A DNA stretch of 32,000 nucleotides from a virus: IMG/VR virus record IMGVR_UViG_3300045988_182579, positions 1-32,000 of that record. One strand, written 5' to 3'. The notes under the pieces were generated by a model. The model searched no databases. It was not told the DNA's origin and was given only the letters and a program-made list of their open reading frames with translations. Position 1 is the stretch's first letter. Each line of letters begins with the position of its first letter. Both the position numbers and the translations under genes were made by a program. Below are positions 27,203-32,000 of this stretch, in pieces.

Positions 27203-27401
27203 CAACCCCGCCTAAACCGGTTCGCCGGTTATAGACGGGGCTTGCGGGGCAACCCGTAAGCCCGGTTGATTAGCCTTGGTGAACGGCAACTTCGGTTGCT
27301 GCGAACTCCGTTATGCATTTGAGTAAGCAGAAAATGCTGTATCTTAGTCTTTTCTAAGAAGCGCATTCCTCCCCATCTATAGCCGTAAGGCTTAGGTGGG
27401 G
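27203..27401 (+). mobile_element. non-autonomous (MITE/PATE-like) derivative of IscB element 1
   Basis: 27203-27276 matches 17-90 (one mismatch); 27323-27374 matches 1708-1759 (two mismatches); internal ORF absent; left flank GTCAA. Confidence 0.9.
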
Positions 27402-27441
27402 AGGTTCACAAAAAAGACAAAACAATACATATGTGAGGTAA

Positions 27442-29508
<2,067 letters not shown>

Positions 29509-29522
29509 GGAGGTCTTGTGGT

Positions 29523-29768
29523 ATGTATGACTTCGACCGCATCGTAAAAGCTGCGGAGTCCTGTGACTTTCACGACGCATTTGCCTCTGACATCAAACGC
29601 TGTGAAAATGCTCTTGGCATGGGTGGCCTCATGGCAATCAATGCTGAATGTTGGCTTGATGACTTGAGCGCCATGCCGGATGCTGAAATTGCAGAATACG
29701 TCCGCACCAAGTACAAGCCCGGTCTCTTGAATCCGTTCAAGGGAACATCCTTGTATATTAAATCCTGA
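29523..29768 (+). CDS. small protein paralogous to 21107-21349
   Basis: RIVKAAESCDFHDAFASDIKRCENALGMGGLMAINAECWLDDLS..KYKPGLLNPF. Confidence 0.8.
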   Translation: MYDFDRIVKAAESCDFHDAFASDIKRCENALGMGGLMAINAECWLDDLSAMPDAEIAEYVRTKYKPGLLNPFKGTSLYIKS

Positions 29769-29808
29769 CCTACTTGCCGTCCACCCTTCACGGGGTGGGC
29801 GGCTCTTT

Positions 29809-29836
29809 TTGTCAAGACGTGCGAATCCGATAAAAT
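29809..29836 (+). promoter_or_regulatory. promoter with TGCGA spacer box (site e)
   Basis: TTGTCA-N16-TAAAAT containing GTGCGA. Confidence 0.6.
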
Positions 29837-29840
29837 GTTG

Positions 29841-29893
29841 TTGACACCTCCCACGATTGAAATCGTGGGCTTTCCCGGCCTTCGTTTGGTAAA
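29841..29893. repeat. 53 bp IS605-like end fragment, copy B
   Basis: Identical to 17382-17434. Confidence 0.85.
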
Positions 29894-29921
29894 CTTTTTT
29901 CAAAAAAGTTTATACAGCTTC

Positions 29922-29949
29922 TTGACGGTGTGTGCGATACCCATAGAAT
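29922..29949 (+). promoter_or_regulatory. promoter with TGCGA spacer box (site h)
   Basis: TTGACG-N16-TAGAAT containing TGTGCGA ending 6 bp before the -10. Confidence 0.65.
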
Positions 29950-30002
29950 AGATAATGTAACAGAGATATCATTGATTTGCCATAGTTCATATACCTCCTG
30001 GA

Positions 30003-30046
30003 AGAAGGACAGATGCCCATATTGGGTTTCTGTCCTTCTTCTTTTT
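30003..30046 (+). terminator. strong leader terminator
   Basis: AGAAGGACAGATGCCCATATTGGGTTTCTGTCCTTCT followed by TCTTTTT. Confidence 0.75.
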
Positions 30047-30273
30047 GAGGATTCCCGCAGATTTTCTGCGTTTTATATAGATTTATCCCACGGAATGTGG
30101 ACTTCTGACAGCCGAGGGAAAGGCTGATTATATAGAATTGCTATGCTAATCAACATAGCACGCGTACACAGCGTCAATGTGTTTATATAAATGTTCCTGC
30201 ACGCGAACGCCGCGTTAAGAGCGTATTTATATATACCGTATAACAATTACAAACCTTCAAGGAGGACATTACC

Positions 30274-30642
30274 ATGATTCGAAACATGATTTAGCGAGTA
30301 GACACCATCATTAGCAACCACGAAGCCAAAGCCAAACAATATACAGCTGACTATGGTTCATTCGTTCACGGTCTAATTGAGACCTAGCTGAGCAAAGATG
30401 GTGTGATACTCGCGCTCCTGCTGGAGCAAGTGAAACTGACCGATGCCGCGAAATTTCTGCTGCTTTTGGCAGTAGTATCAATCGCTGGCGCATTTCTTGT
30501 CAAGAAAGTCTTCAAAAACTACAGCCACGTCAAAGGATTGGCAGAAGATTTTCTGAAAGCAACTGATGTTTTCGGGGCTATCAAAGAGGCAATTGCTGAC
30601 ATTGCCGATAGCTCATGCAAAACAGACAACAAAAAAGAATAA
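30274..30642 (+). CDS. small TM protein containing two in-frame TAG codons
   Basis: AAGGAGG 9 nt before ATG 30274; frame contains TAG at 30292 and 30385 and no TAA/TGA until 30640; continuous with the track ORF at 30403. Confidence 0.6.
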
Positions 30643-30725
30643 TTACATCCCCATATATGGGGCTCACATTGCTGTGGAGATAAATTCGAGAGCAGCACGG
30701 CAGCCCCACGTTACGGGGTTATATT

Positions 30726-32000
30726 ATGGCTAAGAAGAATAACGTTAAGTTCAATGTTGGCCTCACTGATAAGTACTTTGATGCAGTATCTCGCCAGAAC
30801 TTACCCATGTGCGCTGCTGCAGATGAAACGATTGACAACGGCTTTTCCAACGCTATCGGCCTCATCAGCATGCTGGTCGCTATCGTTAAAGGACATGACA
30901 AAAACCTAATTGGTATGGTTATTGCCGACTGGGGTAAAGGAATGTCCAAGGAGAAGCTGCCGGAATGCCTGCAGTTCGGTAACGACCATACCAATGAAGG
31001 CCCGCTGTGCATCCACGGCGTTGGCTTGAACAACTTCATCCTTGTTGCTACCCGCAACAAGTATCCCTGGTTCATCGCTTCCAAGGAGCCTGGCGAGAGC
31101 ATCTATCATCGCGTTGACGGCCCATTCGCCACGACCATGACGATGTCTGAGCAGGAAGAGATTCCTATGAAAGATATCGTTATGCGTGAGCAGTTCAAGG
31201 CTCTTGGCGCACCGTCCACCATCATTTATGTGGAGATGGATAAGGCCACCGCCAGCACCATGCTGACCAAGAACGGCAGCTGCGCTGAGAGCAGGGTCAC
31301 CAGCCTGAATGTACTGCGTACCTGCCTGGCTGAGCACTTTGGTGTCATGTACCGCAACTACCTGGCACCTGATGCCACCGGCGTCGCTCCCGCCCGTATC
31401 CTGATTCCCGATTATCGTATGTTTGACGGCAAAACCCGCGATGTGCTCGTCAAGCCTATTTTCCAGCCGTACAAGGAGAAACGGCAGGATAAGCGTTTCG
31501 TTGTGGAGTACGAGGGATATGAAATCCCTATCAAGGTCGAATGTGGCCTGCTTGACAGCGAAGCAACTCGGGGTATGGTTACTGGCGGTTACGATTTGAA
31601 GCGATTCTACCGGTGCAACATGCCCACTCAGGGCTTGGATATTCAGCTCGGTGACCGCGTTATTTCTACGGCTCAGTTCGATACCATCTGGGATAGGGCT
31701 CGTCACCCGTCCTTTAACGCCTTTACCGGCGTTGTGGCTGTCGATATCACTGGCCTGCCGCGCGGATTCCTGAACACCCTTGCCAATAAGTCCAATATCG
31801 ACTTGAGTGACAAGGGATGGCGTACGATTTTCGACGCCATTGCCGAGAACGTAAAGCCTTTCGATAGTGAGCCATTTACCCTCGAAAAGTATGCGCAGGA
31901 ATTTGCCAATCGTCTGGTTGCTGACACTGGGAATGAAGTTGAACTCCAGTTTCCCCTGTATGCAAACCGGACTCGTATCGACGTTCTGGAATACATCGAT
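30726..32000 (+). CDS. GHKL/Bergerat-fold ATPase (MORC/Hsp90-like), truncated by window end
   Basis: ADETIDNGFSNAIG, IADWGKGMS, EGPLCIHGVGLNNFI; absent from the ORF track because no stop occurs in the window. Confidence 0.75.
   Translation, partial: MAKKNNVKFNVGLTDKYFDAVSRQNLPMCAAADETIDNGFSNAIGLISMLVAIVKGHDKNLIGMVIADWGKGMSKEKLPECLQFGNDHTNEGPLCIHGVGLNNFILVATRNKYPWFIASKEPGESIYHRVDGPFATTMTMSEQEEIPMKDIVMREQFKALGAPSTIIYVEMDKATASTMLTKNGSCAESRVTSLNVLRTCLAEHFGVMYRNYLAPDATGVAPARILIPDYRMFDGKTRDVLVKPIFQPYKEKRQDKRFVVEYEGYEIPIKVECGLLDSEATRGMVTGGYDLKRFYRCNMPTQGLDIQLGDRVISTAQFDTIWDRARHPSFNAFTGVVAVDITGLPRGFLNTLANKSNIDLSDKGWRTIFDAIAENVKPFDSEPFTLEKYAQEFANRLVADTGNEVELQFPLYANRTRIDVLEYID

Noticed and set aside
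29930-30127. 65 aa + strand ORF
   Set aside because: Crosses a promoter and strong leader terminator; no RBS; probably spurious.

Overview
Accessory-rich 32 kb window from a large phage or phage-like plasmid, probably of a Firmicute host (host is inference). All confident genes except one are on the + strand. Named content: three IscB-type RNA-guided nuclease loci, each with a ~300 bp non-coding 5' region typical of an omegaRNA; a ~199 bp internally deleted (MITE-like) derivative of the first IscB element; 18 tRNA genes at 10.5-16.7 kb; a tandem operon of helix-turn-helix repeat proteins; an AAA ATPase next to a PD-(D/E)XK-like protein; a radical SAM + ATP-grasp-like pair; a DUF3990-like module; a RelA/SpoT-type HD hydrolase; NAD-dependent DNA ligase; and the start of a GHKL ATPase at the right edge. 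Strongest unusual observations: (1) IscB elements all inserted after GTCAA, one splitting a gene that can be rejoined in frame; (2) a terminal hairpin whose 23 nt interior is exactly inverted between two copies; (3) a recurring promoter with a TGCGA box 6 bp upstream of the -10, sometimes followed by a structured leader with an intrinsic terminator before the gene; (4) a gene with an ideal RBS and two in-frame TAG codons, while no other confident gene uses TAG as stop; (5) several tRNAs lacking U33. No computation or database search was run; all family names come from motif recognition.
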